A stretch of 38,662 nt of DNA, from IMG/VR virus record IMGVR_UViG_2541047816_000001; one strand, written 5' to 3'. Positions 17,490-26,361 of the stretch are shown piece after piece (the first letter of the stretch is position 1; each line of letters begins with the position of its first letter). The notes under the pieces are model-generated. The model did not search any database, was not told the DNA's origin, and saw nothing but the letters and a program-made list of their open reading frames with translations. The position numbers and the translations under genes were made by a program. The stretch is from a virus. Lineage: Duplodnaviria; Heunggongvirae; Uroviricota; Caudoviricetes.

Positions 17490-18545
17490 ATGAAGAAGAA
17501 TACCCGCTTTGCTTTTAACGCTTACCTGCAGCAGCTGGCGCGTCTGAACGGTGTGGCAGTTGAAGAACTGTCCAGCAAGTTTACTGTAGAGCCGTCTGTG
17601 CAGCAGACGCTGGAAGACCAGATCCAGCAGTCCGCCGCATTCCTGACGCTGATTAACGTCACGCCAGTGACTGAGCAGTCTGGTCAGTTGCTGGGGCTGG
17701 GTGTTGGCAGCACCATTGCCGGAACCACTGATACCACCGCAAAAGAGCGTGAGCCTGTCGATCCGACGCTGATGGTCGATGTGGAATATAAATGCGAGCA
17801 GACCAACTTTGACACGGTGCTGACCTACGCGAAGCTGGACCTGTGGGCGAAGTTTCAGGATTTCCAGGTGCGTATCCGTGACGCCATCGTGAAACGTCAG
17901 GCACTGGACCGCATCATGATCGGCTTTAACGGCGTGAAGCGTGCGAAAACCTCCAACCGCAGCGAAAACCCGCTGCTGCAGGATGTGAATAAAGGCTGGC
18001 TACAGAAAATCCGTGAGGATGCACCGGATCACGTCATGGGCAGCACCACCACGGGCGGTGAAACCACACCGGGCGCGGTGAAAGTCGGTAAAGGTGGCGA
18101 ATATGCCAACCTGGACGCCGTGGTGATGGATGCGGTCAATGAGCTTATCGACGTGGTCTACCAGGACGATGACGATCTGGTGGTGATTTGCGGTCGTGAA
18201 CTGTTGTCTGATAAGTATTTCCCGCTGGTCAACAAAGAGCAGGAAAACAGTGAAAAACTGGCTGCCGATATGATCATCAGCCAGAAACGCATGGGTGGCC
18301 TGCAGGCCGTGCGTGCGCCGTTCTTCCCGCCGAATGCGCTGCTGATCACCCGTCTGGATAACCTGTCCATCTACTGGCAGGAAGACACCCGCCGCCGTTC
18401 AGTTATCGACAACCCGAAACGTGACCGGATTGAAAACTTTGAATCCGTTAACGAAGCCTATGTGGTTGAGGACTACCGCTGCGCAGCACTGGTGGAAAAC
18501 ATCCAGATTGGCGACTTCAGCGTCGCCGTAGAAGCCGGAGCATAA
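17490..18545 (+). CDS. N: Major capsid protein (P2 gpN-like)
   Basis: 351 aa, position and size as P2 N. Confidence 0.8.
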   Translation: MKKNTRFAFNAYLQQLARLNGVAVEELSSKFTVEPSVQQTLEDQIQQSAAFLTLINVTPVTEQSGQLLGLGVGSTIAGTTDTTAKEREPVDPTLMVDVEYKCEQTNFDTVLTYAKLDLWAKFQDFQVRIRDAIVKRQALDRIMIGFNGVKRAKTSNRSENPLLQDVNKGWLQKIREDAPDHVMGSTTTGGETTPGAVKVGKGGEYANLDAVVMDAVNELIDVVYQDDDDLVVICGRELLSDKYFPLVNKEQENSEKLAADMIISQKRMGGLQAVRAPFFPPNALLITRLDNLSIYWQEDTRRRSVIDNPKRDRIENFESVNEAYVVEDYRCAALVENIQIGDFSVAVEAGA

Positions 18546-18548
18546 ACC

Positions 18549-19199
18549 ATGAGCCTGAGTCCCGCACGGCAGCATCGCCTGCGCGTTCAGGCTGAACAGG
18601 CCGCCCGTGAGGGCGGCAGTGTTCGCCACGCGTCGGGCTATGACCTGATGCTGCTGCAACTGGCGGAAGACCGCCGCCGTCTCAAGGGCGTTCAGTCCAC
18701 GGTGAAAAAAGCGGAAATCAAGGTGGAGCTGCTGCCGAAATATGCCGCCTGGGCGGAGGGCGTCCTGGCTGCCGGAGGCGCTCAACAGGATGACGTGCTG
18801 ATGTACGTGATGCTGTGGCGCATTGATGCCGGAGATTATGCCGGGGCGCTGGAGATTGGGCGTCATGCCCTGCGTCATGGCTGGGTGATGCCGCTGGGTA
18901 ACCGCAACGTGCAGACCGTGCTGGCAGAGGAAATGGCAGATGCAGCGCAGAGCGCAATGCTTGCCGCCACCGGCTTTGATGCCGATCTGTTGCTGCAGAC
19001 GCTGGAGCTGACAGACGGTCTGGATATGCCGGACCAGTCACGGGCGCGTCTGCATAAAGCGATTGGCGCTGTCCTGAGTGAAAGCAATCCGGCTTCCGCC
19101 CTTAATCATCTCAACCATGCGTTACAGCTCGATCCCCGCTGTGGCGTGAAAAAAGACAAACAGCAGCTGGAGCGCAGACTGCGCAATGACAGCCGCTGA
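18549..19199 (+). CDS. M: Terminase small subunit (P2 gpM-like)
   Basis: 216 aa following the capsid gene, P2 order O-N-M. Confidence 0.75.
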   Translation: MSLSPARQHRLRVQAEQAAREGGSVRHASGYDLMLLQLAEDRRRLKGVQSTVKKAEIKVELLPKYAAWAEGVLAAGGAQQDDVLMYVMLWRIDAGDYAGALEIGRHALRHGWVMPLGNRNVQTVLAEEMADAAQSAMLAATGFDADLLLQTLELTDGLDMPDQSRARLHKAIGAVLSESNPASALNHLNHALQLDPRCGVKKDKQQLERRLRNDSR

Positions 19200-19294
19200 C
19201 AGAACGTGCCCCCGCGCACGGGCGGCACGGGGTGGCGAAAGGCACAGCCACATCAAAACCCCGTCCACCGCCCTTTATTTCAGGAGAAAGCAGC

Positions 19295-19759
19295 ATGAAG
19301 TTTGTTGCGCCAGAACAGGCATCGGAACAGGCGGAAATCATCAGAAATACGCCGTTCTGGCCTGATGTGGACTTGTCGGAGTTTCGCAGTGTCATGCGCA
19401 CTGACGGCACGGTGACGCAGCCGCGTTTAAAGCAGGTTGCGCTGTCGGCAATTTCGGAGGTCAACGCAGAGCTGTATGAGTTTCGCAGACGTCAGCAGAT
19501 GCTGGGGTATGCGTCGCTGGCTGAGGTTCCGGCGGAACAGCTGGACGGCAAAAGTGAGCGCATTCATCACTATTTCAACGCGGTTTACTGCTGGGCACGC
19601 GCCATGCTCAATGAGCGTTATCAGGACTATGACGCCACGGCGTCCGGTGTGAAGCGGGGCGAGGAACAGGCGGAAGCAAGCGGTGATTTGTGGCGTGACG
19701 CCCGCTGGGCCATCAGCCGGGTACAGGATGCGCCGCACTGCACAGTGGAGCTTATCTGA
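19295..19759 (+). CDS. L: Head completion/stabilisation protein (P2 gpL-like)
   Basis: ATG 19295 preceded by CAGGAGAAAG; 154 aa; P2 order. Confidence 0.7.
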   Translation: MKFVAPEQASEQAEIIRNTPFWPDVDLSEFRSVMRTDGTVTQPRLKQVALSAISEVNAELYEFRRRQQMLGYASLAEVPAEQLDGKSERIHHYFNAVYCWARAMLNERYQDYDATASGVKRGEEQAEASGDLWRDARWAISRVQDAPHCTVELI

Positions 19760-19962
19760 TGAAAGTGCGTGCGCATCAGTATGACACGGTGGACGCGCTT
19801 TGCTGGCGTCATTACGGGCGCACGCAGGGTGTCACGGAGCAGGTACTGAAGGCAAATCCGGGGCTTGCCGAATACGGCCCCTTTTTACCTCACGGGCTGC
19901 AGGTGGAGCTGCCGGACATTCCGACAACCACCACCGTGCAGACCGTCCAGCTATGGGACTGA
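19759..19962 (+). CDS. X: Tail protein X-like
   Basis: 67 aa; position between L and the lysis genes as in P2. Confidence 0.6.
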   Translation: MKVRAHQYDTVDALCWRHYGRTQGVTEQVLKANPGLAEYGPFLPHGLQVELPDIPTTTTVQTVQLWD

Positions 19963-19965
19963 ATT

Positions 19966-20181
19966 ATGACGCTTGAGCGAATCAGCGCCTTTATCACGTA
20001 TTGCATCGCCGTCGTGCTGGCCTGGCTGGGCGATTTGTCCATCAAGGATGCCTCAACGCTGGGCGGCCTGATGATTGGTGTGCTGATGCTGGCTATCAAC
20101 TGGTACTACAAACACAAAGCCTACCAGCTTCTGCGCGACGGGCAGATCTCGCGGGAGGACTATGAATCCATCAGTCGTTAA
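19966..20181 (+). CDS. Holin (small, with hydrophobic helices)
   Basis: 71 aa with hydrophobic segments and charged C-terminus, immediately upstream of the endolysin. Confidence 0.6.
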   Translation: MTLERISAFITYCIAVVLAWLGDLSIKDASTLGGLMIGVLMLAINWYYKHKAYQLLRDGQISREDYESISR

Positions 20182-20674
20182 ACGCTGCCTTGTCGGGGTC
20201 GTGCTGGCTATTGCTGCCACGCTGCCGGGTTTTCAGCAGCTTCACACCTCCGTGGAGGGACTGAAACTGATTGCCGATTACGAAGGCTGTCGTCTGCAGC
20301 CGTATCAGTGCAGCGCGGGTGTCTGGACCGACGGCATTGGTAATACATCGGGCGTCATTCCCGGCAAAACAATCACGGAACGACAGGCAGCAGAAGGGCT
20401 GATCTCCAACGTGCTGCGTGTGGAGCGGGCACTGGAAAGGTGTGTGAAGCAACAGCCACCACAGAAGGTGTATGACGCTACGGTGTCGTTTGCCTTCAAC
20501 GTGGGGACGGGCAATGCCTGTAGTTCCACGCTGGTGAAATTGCTCAATCAGCGGCGCTGGGCGGATGGGTGCCGACAGTTGCCGCGCTGGGTTTATGTAA
20601 AAGGTGTGTTTAATCAGGGGCTGGATAACCGCCGTGCGCGGGAGATGGCCTGGTGTTTACAGGGAGCAAACTGA
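20162..20674 (+). CDS. Endolysin, T4-lysozyme-like muramidase with N-terminal signal-anchor-release (SAR) type hydrophobic segment
   Basis: Catalytic E-x8-D-x5-T pattern (EGLKLIADYEGCRLQPYQCSAGVWTDGIGNT); N-terminal CLVGVVLAIAATLPGF hydrophobic stretch. Confidence 0.8.
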   Translation: MNPSVVKRCLVGVVLAIAATLPGFQQLHTSVEGLKLIADYEGCRLQPYQCSAGVWTDGIGNTSGVIPGKTITERQAAEGLISNVLRVERALERCVKQQPPQKVYDATVSFAFNVGTGNACSSTLVKLLNQRRWADGCRQLPRWVYVKGVFNQGLDNRRAREMAWCLQGAN

Positions 20675-20675
20675 A

Positions 20676-21053
20676 ATGAAAAAGAAATTAATCAGCGGAC
20701 TGTTTCTGATGTTATGGATGGCGCTGTTAATCGCAGCAATGGTGTATCCGCAGGGGATCTTTCCGGTACTGGCAGCGTCCGGCGTTTGGGTAGCCTGTTT
20801 GCTGACATGGGCGGTAATTCCGGTAGCACTGGCTGCGTTAATTCAGAATGGCCCGCTCTGGCAGGAGTTAAGGGCATCTTTGCTGAAGACAATTACCCGA
20901 AAAGAAAACGTATTTATCAGTTGGGTGATGCGATTGCTGATTGTTGTAAGTCTCGCATGGACGGGGTGGGCTATTACCCTGGTCTTTTATCTACTGACCG
21001 TTATTGCCTTCTGGATCACCCGTAATCAGATGGCGCAACAGGTAGCAGCATGA
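20676..21053 (+). CDS. LysA-like membrane protein of lysis cassette
   Basis: 125 aa from ATG 20676 (GGGAG RBS), multiple hydrophobic helices; position as P2 lysA. Confidence 0.5.
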   Translation: MKKKLISGLFLMLWMALLIAAMVYPQGIFPVLAASGVWVACLLTWAVIPVALAALIQNGPLWQELRASLLKTITRKENVFISWVMRLLIVVSLAWTGWAITLVFYLLTVIAFWITRNQMAQQVAA

Positions 21054-21478
21054 ACCGGTTGCTGCTGGTTGTGCTGGCGTTATTACTGGCGGCGCTGGGC
21101 TGGCAGACGTGGCGGCTGGCTGATGCCAGCCAGACCATCAGCACGCAGGCAAACGAGCTGCAGAGCAAAAGCCAGGCACTGGCAAAGAGCAACAGCCAGC
21201 TTATCAGCCTGTCCATTCTGAATGAAACCAATAACCGGGAGCAGGCGCGGCTCTATGCCGAAGCAGAACAGACCAGCGCACAGCTGAGACAACGACAACG
21301 CCGGATCGAGGAACTGAAACGTGAGAACGAGGATTTACGCCACTGGGCTGATACTCCTTTGCCTGCTGACATTATCCGGCTGCGGGAACGTCCGGTACTC
21401 ACCGGAGGTGCAGCTTACCGTCAGTGGTTGTCCGAGAGTGACGCCGTGTCGGCTGGAGCAGGCAGCACCGCGCACTAA
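21050..21478 (+). CDS. LysB-like i-spanin (Rz-like)
   Basis: N-terminal TM segment followed by Gln/Ala-rich coiled coil; position as P2 lysB. Confidence 0.6.
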   Translation: MNRLLLVVLALLLAALGWQTWRLADASQTISTQANELQSKSQALAKSNSQLISLSILNETNNREQARLYAEAEQTSAQLRQRQRRIEELKRENEDLRHWADTPLPADIIRLRERPVLTGGAAYRQWLSESDAVSAGAGSTAH

Positions 21479-21611
21479 CGGTGATCTGAATGCGTTGCTG
21501 GATGAAACGGAGGCCGCCTGGGCGATCTGTGCAGACAAAGTGGACATGATTATTGCGTGTCAGGAGCGAAACAGTGAACAAACCACAATCCCTGCGCTAC
21601 GCCCTCAATAA
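21321..21611 (+). CDS. LysC-like o-spanin lipoprotein (Rz1-like), starting inside lysB in another frame
   Basis: GTG start; signal peptide with lipobox LTLSGC; overlaps the lysB 3' end as in P2. Confidence 0.5.
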   Translation: MRTRIYATGLILLCLLTLSGCGNVRYSPEVQLTVSGCPRVTPCRLEQAAPRTNGDLNALLDETEAAWAICADKVDMIIACQERNSEQTTIPALRPQ

Positions 21612-22005
21612 AGCGGTGCCTTATGTCCGAAATAACCCGGACAAACTGCATCTGTTTGTGGATAACGGTTCGCTGGTTGCCACGGGGGCCAGCTCCATGT
21701 CATGGGAGTACCGCTACACCCTGAACGTGGTGATTGAGGATTTCAGCGGCGACCAGAATCTGCTGATGGCCCCGGTTTTGCTGTGGCTGCGTGATAACCA
21801 GCCCGATGCCATCAATAACCCGGCGTTACGGGAAAAGCTATTCACCTTTGAGGTGGATATTCTGCGCAACGATGTCTGTGATATCAGCCTCAACCTGCAA
21901 CTGACGGAGCGTGTGCTGGTCAGCACTGACGGCAGTGTGTCGAGCGTTGAAGCTATAGCGGAACCTGATGAACCTGAAGAAATGTGGACGGTGAAACGTG
22001 GCTGA
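21574..22005 (+). CDS. R: Tail completion protein (P2 gpR-like)
   Basis: GTG 21574 with AGGAG RBS 7 nt upstream; about 143 aa; P2 order. Confidence 0.65.
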   Translation: MNKPQSLRYALNKAVPYVRNNPDKLHLFVDNGSLVATGASSMSWEYRYTLNVVIEDFSGDQNLLMAPVLLWLRDNQPDAINNPALREKLFTFEVDILRNDVCDISLNLQLTERVLVSTDGSVSSVEAIAEPDEPEEMWTVKRG

Positions 22006-22444
22006 ACTGCAGAAAGTGGACGACTGGCTGAGTGCCTTGCTGGCGAATCTGGAGCCAGCCGCAAGAAGCCGCATGATGCGCCAGCTGGCGCAGGAACTAC
22101 GCCGGACACAGCAGCAAAATATCAGAATGCAGCGCAATCCAGATGGCAGCAGTTATGAACCGCGACGGGTAACAGCACGCAGTAAAAAAGGCCGTATCAA
22201 ACGTCAGATGTTTGCAAAGCTGCGCACCACAAAATACCTGAAAACTTCCGCCAGCGCCGACTCTGCCAGCGTGCAGTTTGAAGGCAAGGTACAGCGCATT
22301 GCCCGTGTTCATCACTACGGCTTACGTGATCGCGTCAGCCGCAAAGGACCGGAGGTCCGTTACGCAGAGCGTCGCCTTCTGGGTGTAAATGATGATGTTG
22401 AGGCAATGACCCGCGACATGATTCTGCAATGGCTGGCGGGGTGA
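21998..22444 (+). CDS. S: Tail completion protein (P2 gpS-like)
   Basis: 148 aa; GTG start overlapping R stop; P2 order. Confidence 0.65.
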   Translation: MAELQKVDDWLSALLANLEPAARSRMMRQLAQELRRTQQQNIRMQRNPDGSSYEPRRVTARSKKGRIKRQMFAKLRTTKYLKTSASADSASVQFEGKVQRIARVHHYGLRDRVSRKGPEVRYAERRLLGVNDDVEAMTRDMILQWLAG

Positions 22445-22448
22445 TTTT

Positions 22449-22466
22449 TGTATCAGCACTGATACA
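22449..22466 (+). promoter_or_regulatory. Ogr-type late activator box TGT-N12-ACA upstream of V
   Basis: TGTatcagcactgatACA about 45 nt upstream of the V start. Confidence 0.45.
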
Positions 22467-22512
22467 AGTTGCAGCACTGCCGCCTTTCTTCCCCTGATGG
22501 CAACCTTTCCCT

Positions 22513-23091
22513 ATGAACGCACAATTAACCGAAATCATGCGCCTTATCACCAACCTGATCCGCACTGGGGTAGTCACCGAAGTGGACAGGACAAACTGGC
22601 TTTGCCGGGTGAAAACGGGCGACCTTGAAACCAACTGGATCAGCTGGCTGACGCTGCGTGCCGGGAATGCCCGGACATGGTGGCGACCATCGGAAGGTGA
22701 GCAGGTGGTGCTGCTGAGTATGGGCGGTAATCTGGAAACAGCTTTTGCGCTGCCCGCCATCTATTCGAATCAGTTCGCACCACCGTCGACGTCGGCGGAC
22801 GCCTGCGTGACAGAACATCCTGACGGTGGCTGGTTTGAATACGAACCTGCCACCGGGCGCTGGTATGTCAGGGGCATCAAATCCATGGTCATTGAGGCTG
22901 CCGATAACATCACCCTGAAAACCAGTGAGTTTGTGCTGGAGGCTGAGTGCACGCGTATTAACAGCGAAGTGGTGATCAATGGTGGCGTTACTCAGGGCGG
23001 CGGAGCGATGAGTTCTAACGGGATCGTGGTTGATGCGCATCAGCATACTGGCGTCCTGAAAGGCGGCGATACAACCGGAGGCCCGGTATGA
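22513..23091 (+). CDS. V: Baseplate spike/assembly protein (P2 gpV-like)
   Basis: 192 aa; first gene of V-W-J-I-H cluster. Confidence 0.75.
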   Translation: MNAQLTEIMRLITNLIRTGVVTEVDRTNWLCRVKTGDLETNWISWLTLRAGNARTWWRPSEGEQVVLLSMGGNLETAFALPAIYSNQFAPPSTSADACVTEHPDGGWFEYEPATGRWYVRGIKSMVIEAADNITLKTSEFVLEAECTRINSEVVINGGVTQGGGAMSSNGIVVDAHQHTGVLKGGDTTGGPV

Positions 23092-23447
23092 CGCTTTATA
23101 GCGGGATGAACAATACCAGCGGTAAAGCCATTACTGATATTGACCATCTGCGCCAGTCGGTGCGGGACATTTTGCTGACGCCGCAGGGTAGCCGCATTGC
23201 CCGTCGGGAATATGGTTCCCTGCTGTCGGCACTGATAGACCAGCCACAAAATCCGGCATTACGCCTGCAGGTCATGTCGGCAGTGTATGTGGCGCTGAGT
23301 CGCTGGGAGCCACGGCTGACGCTGGATTCCATCACCATTAACAGCAATTTTGACGGTTCAATGGTGGTGGAGCTGACCGGGCGGCGTAATAACGGTGTGC
23401 CTGTTTCCCTTTCCGTATCAACAGGAGCAGAGAATGGCAGTGATTGA
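23088..23447 (+). CDS. W: Baseplate wedge protein (P2 gpW-like, gp25-like)
   Basis: 119 aa; P2 order. Confidence 0.7.
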   Translation: MTLYSGMNNTSGKAITDIDHLRQSVRDILLTPQGSRIARREYGSLLSALIDQPQNPALRLQVMSAVYVALSRWEPRLTLDSITINSNFDGSMVVELTGRRNNGVPVSLSVSTGAENGSD

Positions 23448-24342
23448 CCTTTCGCAGTTGCCTGCGCCGCAGATTGTGGATGTGCCGGACTTTGAGACGC
23501 TGATTGCCGAACGCAAGGCCGAATTTGTTGCGCTTCATCCGAAAGATGAGCAGGAAGCAGTGATCCGCACGCTGGAACTGGAATCTGAACCCGTCACCAA
23601 ATTGCTTCAGGAGAACGCTTACCGTGAGTTGCTTCTGCGCCAGCGCATTAACGAAGCCGCGCATGCTGTGATGGTGGCTTACGCGATGGGCGGCGATCTT
23701 GACCAGCTCGCTGCCAACTACAACGTGAAACGCCTGACGGTGACGCCTGCTGATAATGACGCTGTGCCACCCGTTGCGGCTGTGATGGAAAGCGATGAAG
23801 CGTTACGCCTGCGTGTGCCTGCAGCCTTTGAAGGGCTTTCTGTTGCGGGGCCAACTGCAGCTTATGAATTTCATGCCCGAAGCGCCGACGGTCGGGTGGC
23901 GGATGCCAGTGCAACCAGCCCGGCGCCTGCAGAGGTGGTGCTGACTGTCCTTAGCCGCGAAGGCGATGGAACTGCAGAAAAAGACCTGCTGGACGTGGTG
24001 GAAAAAGCTCTGAACAGTGAGAACGTCCGCCCGGTGGCTGACCGTCTGACGGTTCGCAGCGCAGAAATCATCCCGTATCGCGTGGAAGCCACCATTTTTC
24101 TCTATCCGGGACCGGAAGCAGAGCCGGTAATGGCAGCGGCAAAAGCCAGCCTGCAGAAGTACATCGCCAGTCAGACGCGTCTTGGTCGGGATATTCGCCG
24201 TAGCGCCATCTTTGCCGCCCTGCATGTTGAGGGTGTGCAGCGTGTGGAGCTGGCTTCTCCTCTGGCGGATGTGGTCCTGAACAAAACACAGGCGGCATCA
24301 TGTACGCAGTGGAGCGTAACCAACGGAGGAACGGATGAATAG
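23434..24342 (+). CDS. J: Baseplate protein (P2 gpJ-like)
   Basis: ATG 23434 preceded by CAGGAGCAGAGA; about 302 aa as P2 J. Confidence 0.75.
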   Translation: MAVIDLSQLPAPQIVDVPDFETLIAERKAEFVALHPKDEQEAVIRTLELESEPVTKLLQENAYRELLLRQRINEAAHAVMVAYAMGGDLDQLAANYNVKRLTVTPADNDAVPPVAAVMESDEALRLRVPAAFEGLSVAGPTAAYEFHARSADGRVADASATSPAPAEVVLTVLSREGDGTAEKDLLDVVEKALNSENVRPVADRLTVRSAEIIPYRVEATIFLYPGPEAEPVMAAAKASLQKYIASQTRLGRDIRRSAIFAALHVEGVQRVELASPLADVVLNKTQAASCTQWSVTNGGTDE

Positions 24343-24940
24343 TCTGCTGCCACCGGGTTCAACACCACTGGAGCGCCGACTGGCGCAAACCTGCAGCGGG
24401 ATTTCTGATCTGCAGGTGCCGCTTCGTGACTTGTGGAATCCGGCAACCTGTCCGGTCAGTTTCCTGCCTTATCTCGCCTGGGCGTTCTCTGTGGATCGCT
24501 GGGACGAGGGCTGGACAGAAAGCGTCAAGCGCCAGGTGGTGAAGGATGCTTTTTATATTCATCAGCATAAAGGGACCACCAGTGCCGTGCGGCGGGTGGT
24601 GGAGCCGTTCGGCTTTCTGATCCGCATTATTGAGTGGTGGCAAACCGGAGAGGCACCGGGCACGTTTCGCCTGGATATCGGCGTGCAGGACCAGGGCATC
24701 ACTGAAGATACCTATCTGGAACTTGAGCGACTGATAAGCGATGCCAAACCATGTAGCCGCCACATGATCGGCATGTCCATCAATCTGCAGACCAGCGGCC
24801 CGCATTGGGTGGGAGCCGCCAGCTATCTTGGCGAAGAAATCACGATCTATCCGTATATCAACGAAACGATTATTTCCGGTGGCACCGCGCATGAAGGCGG
24901 GGCGGTCCATGTTATTGACACAATGAGAGTGAATCCATGA
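24335..24940 (+). CDS. I: Baseplate protein (P2 gpI-like)
   Basis: 201 aa; GGAGGAACGG RBS; P2 order. Confidence 0.7.
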   Translation: MNSLLPPGSTPLERRLAQTCSGISDLQVPLRDLWNPATCPVSFLPYLAWAFSVDRWDEGWTESVKRQVVKDAFYIHQHKGTTSAVRRVVEPFGFLIRIIEWWQTGEAPGTFRLDIGVQDQGITEDTYLELERLISDAKPCSRHMIGMSINLQTSGPHWVGAASYLGEEITIYPYINETIISGGTAHEGGAVHVIDTMRVNP

Positions 24941-26361
24941 GCACAAAATTTTATACCCTGCTGACGGATATTGGCGCGGCGAAACTTGCCAGCGCCGCCG
25001 CGCTCGGTGTGCCGCTAAAAATTACCCATATGGCGGTGGGCGATGGCGGCGGAGCATTGCCGACGCCGGACGCAAAGCAGACGGCACTGGTAAATGAGAA
25101 ACGCCGGGCTGCGCTGAATATGCTCTATATCGACCCGCAGAACAGCAGCCAGATTATTGCTGAACAGGTGATCCCTGAAAACGAGGGCGGTTGGTGGATA
25201 CGTGAAGTGGGCCTGTTTGATGAGTCAGGGGCATTGATTGCCGTGGGGAACTGCCCGGAAAGCTATAAACCGCAACTGGCTGAAGGCAGCGGGCGTACCC
25301 AGACCGTGCGCATGGTGCTGATTACCAGCAGCACGGACAATATCACCCTGAAAATCGACCCTGCCGTAGTGCTGGCAACCCGCAAGTATGTGGATGACAA
25401 GGTACTGGAGCTGAAGGTGTACGTGGATGATCAGATGGCAAAACATCTTGCCGCACCGGACCCGCATTCACAGTATGCACCCAAAGAAAGTCCGACGTTT
25501 ACCGGGACACCAAAAGCGCCAACGCCAGCGGCAGGGAATAACACCACGCAGGTTGCGACCACCGCGTTTGTTCAGGCGGCACTGACGGCCCTGATTAATG
25601 GTGCGCCAGCCACGCTGGACACGCTGAAAGAATTAGCCGCAGCCATTAACAATGATCCGAAATTCAGTACCACCATTAACAATGCGCTGGCACTGAAAGC
25701 GCCGCTGTCAAGTCCGGAACTCACCGGAACGCCAACAGCCCCCACTGCCGCACAGTCGGTTAACAATACACAGATTGCCACCACGGCTTTTGTGAAATCG
25801 GCGATTGCGGCAATGGTGGGTTCTGCACCTGCGGCACTGGATACACTGAACGAACTGGCGGCGGCGCTGGGGAATGACCCGAACTTTGCCACGACAATGC
25901 TTAATGCGCTGGCAGGTAAACAACCGCTGGACAATACGCTGACTAATTTGAGTGGAAAGGATGTCGCTGGTCTTCTCACATACCTTGGTTTAGGAGAAGC
26001 GGCGAAAACGATTGGCGTTCCGTTAGTTTGTCCGTCCGCTGCAATGGGAGCTTTCGTTACCGATACGGGATGGGGTATGGTGTCAGTGGGGTACAATGTC
26101 CAGTTTGTCACTGCCTCTGATAACCCGGTCCGCTCGATCGTGTTACCGGTGCTTATATTACCCCCCAATCAGCCGGTTGTTTTACGTATTTGGAAGTATG
26201 AGCCCGTGAAGTCTGTCGGATGGAACCCACTCACGCGGGTATTACCCATAAATTTTGATCATACAAACAATATAGCGTGGTGTGCGGGAGCCGGGGATAC
26301 CTCACAAAGTGCCAGGGACAGTTTTATCCCAGGAGGACGGTATACATACAGTGATGGGTGA
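24937..26361 (+). CDS. H: Tail fibre protein (P2 gpH-like) with invertible C-terminal segment
   Basis: 474 aa; internal repeats (TQVATTAFV / TQIATTAFV; LDTLKELAAAINNDPKF / LDTLNELAAALGNDPNF); C-terminal part after a hix-like site is paralogous to the inverted ORF at 27429-27923. Confidence 0.8.
   Translation: MSTKFYTLLTDIGAAKLASAAALGVPLKITHMAVGDGGGALPTPDAKQTALVNEKRRAALNMLYIDPQNSSQIIAEQVIPENEGGWWIREVGLFDESGALIAVGNCPESYKPQLAEGSGRTQTVRMVLITSSTDNITLKIDPAVVLATRKYVDDKVLELKVYVDDQMAKHLAAPDPHSQYAPKESPTFTGTPKAPTPAAGNNTTQVATTAFVQAALTALINGAPATLDTLKELAAAINNDPKFSTTINNALALKAPLSSPELTGTPTAPTAAQSVNNTQIATTAFVKSAIAAMVGSAPAALDTLNELAAALGNDPNFATTMLNALAGKQPLDNTLTNLSGKDVAGLLTYLGLGEAAKTIGVPLVCPSAAMGAFVTDTGWGMVSVGYNVQFVTASDNPVRSIVLPVLILPPNQPVVLRIWKYEPVKSVGWNPLTRVLPINFDHTNNIAWCAGAGDTSQSARDSFIPGGRYTYSDG
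25973..25998. repeat. 26-bp hix/gix-like recombination site (left inverted repeat of invertible segment), inside H
   Basis: TTCTCACATACCTTGGTTTAGGAGAA; pseudo-palindromic, related to the right-hand site; encodes the ..GLGE.. junction. Confidence 0.55.

Noticed and set aside
18399-19087. Minus-strand ORFs of 159, 107 and 70 aa overlapping the capsid and small terminase genes
   Set aside because: Antisense to collinear P2-like late genes with clear synteny; His/Arg/Ala-rich shadow translations.
22525-23046. 173-aa minus-strand ORF antisense to the V gene, and 141-aa ORF at 22335-22760
   Set aside because: Overlap supported structural genes and the V promoter region; no independent signals.
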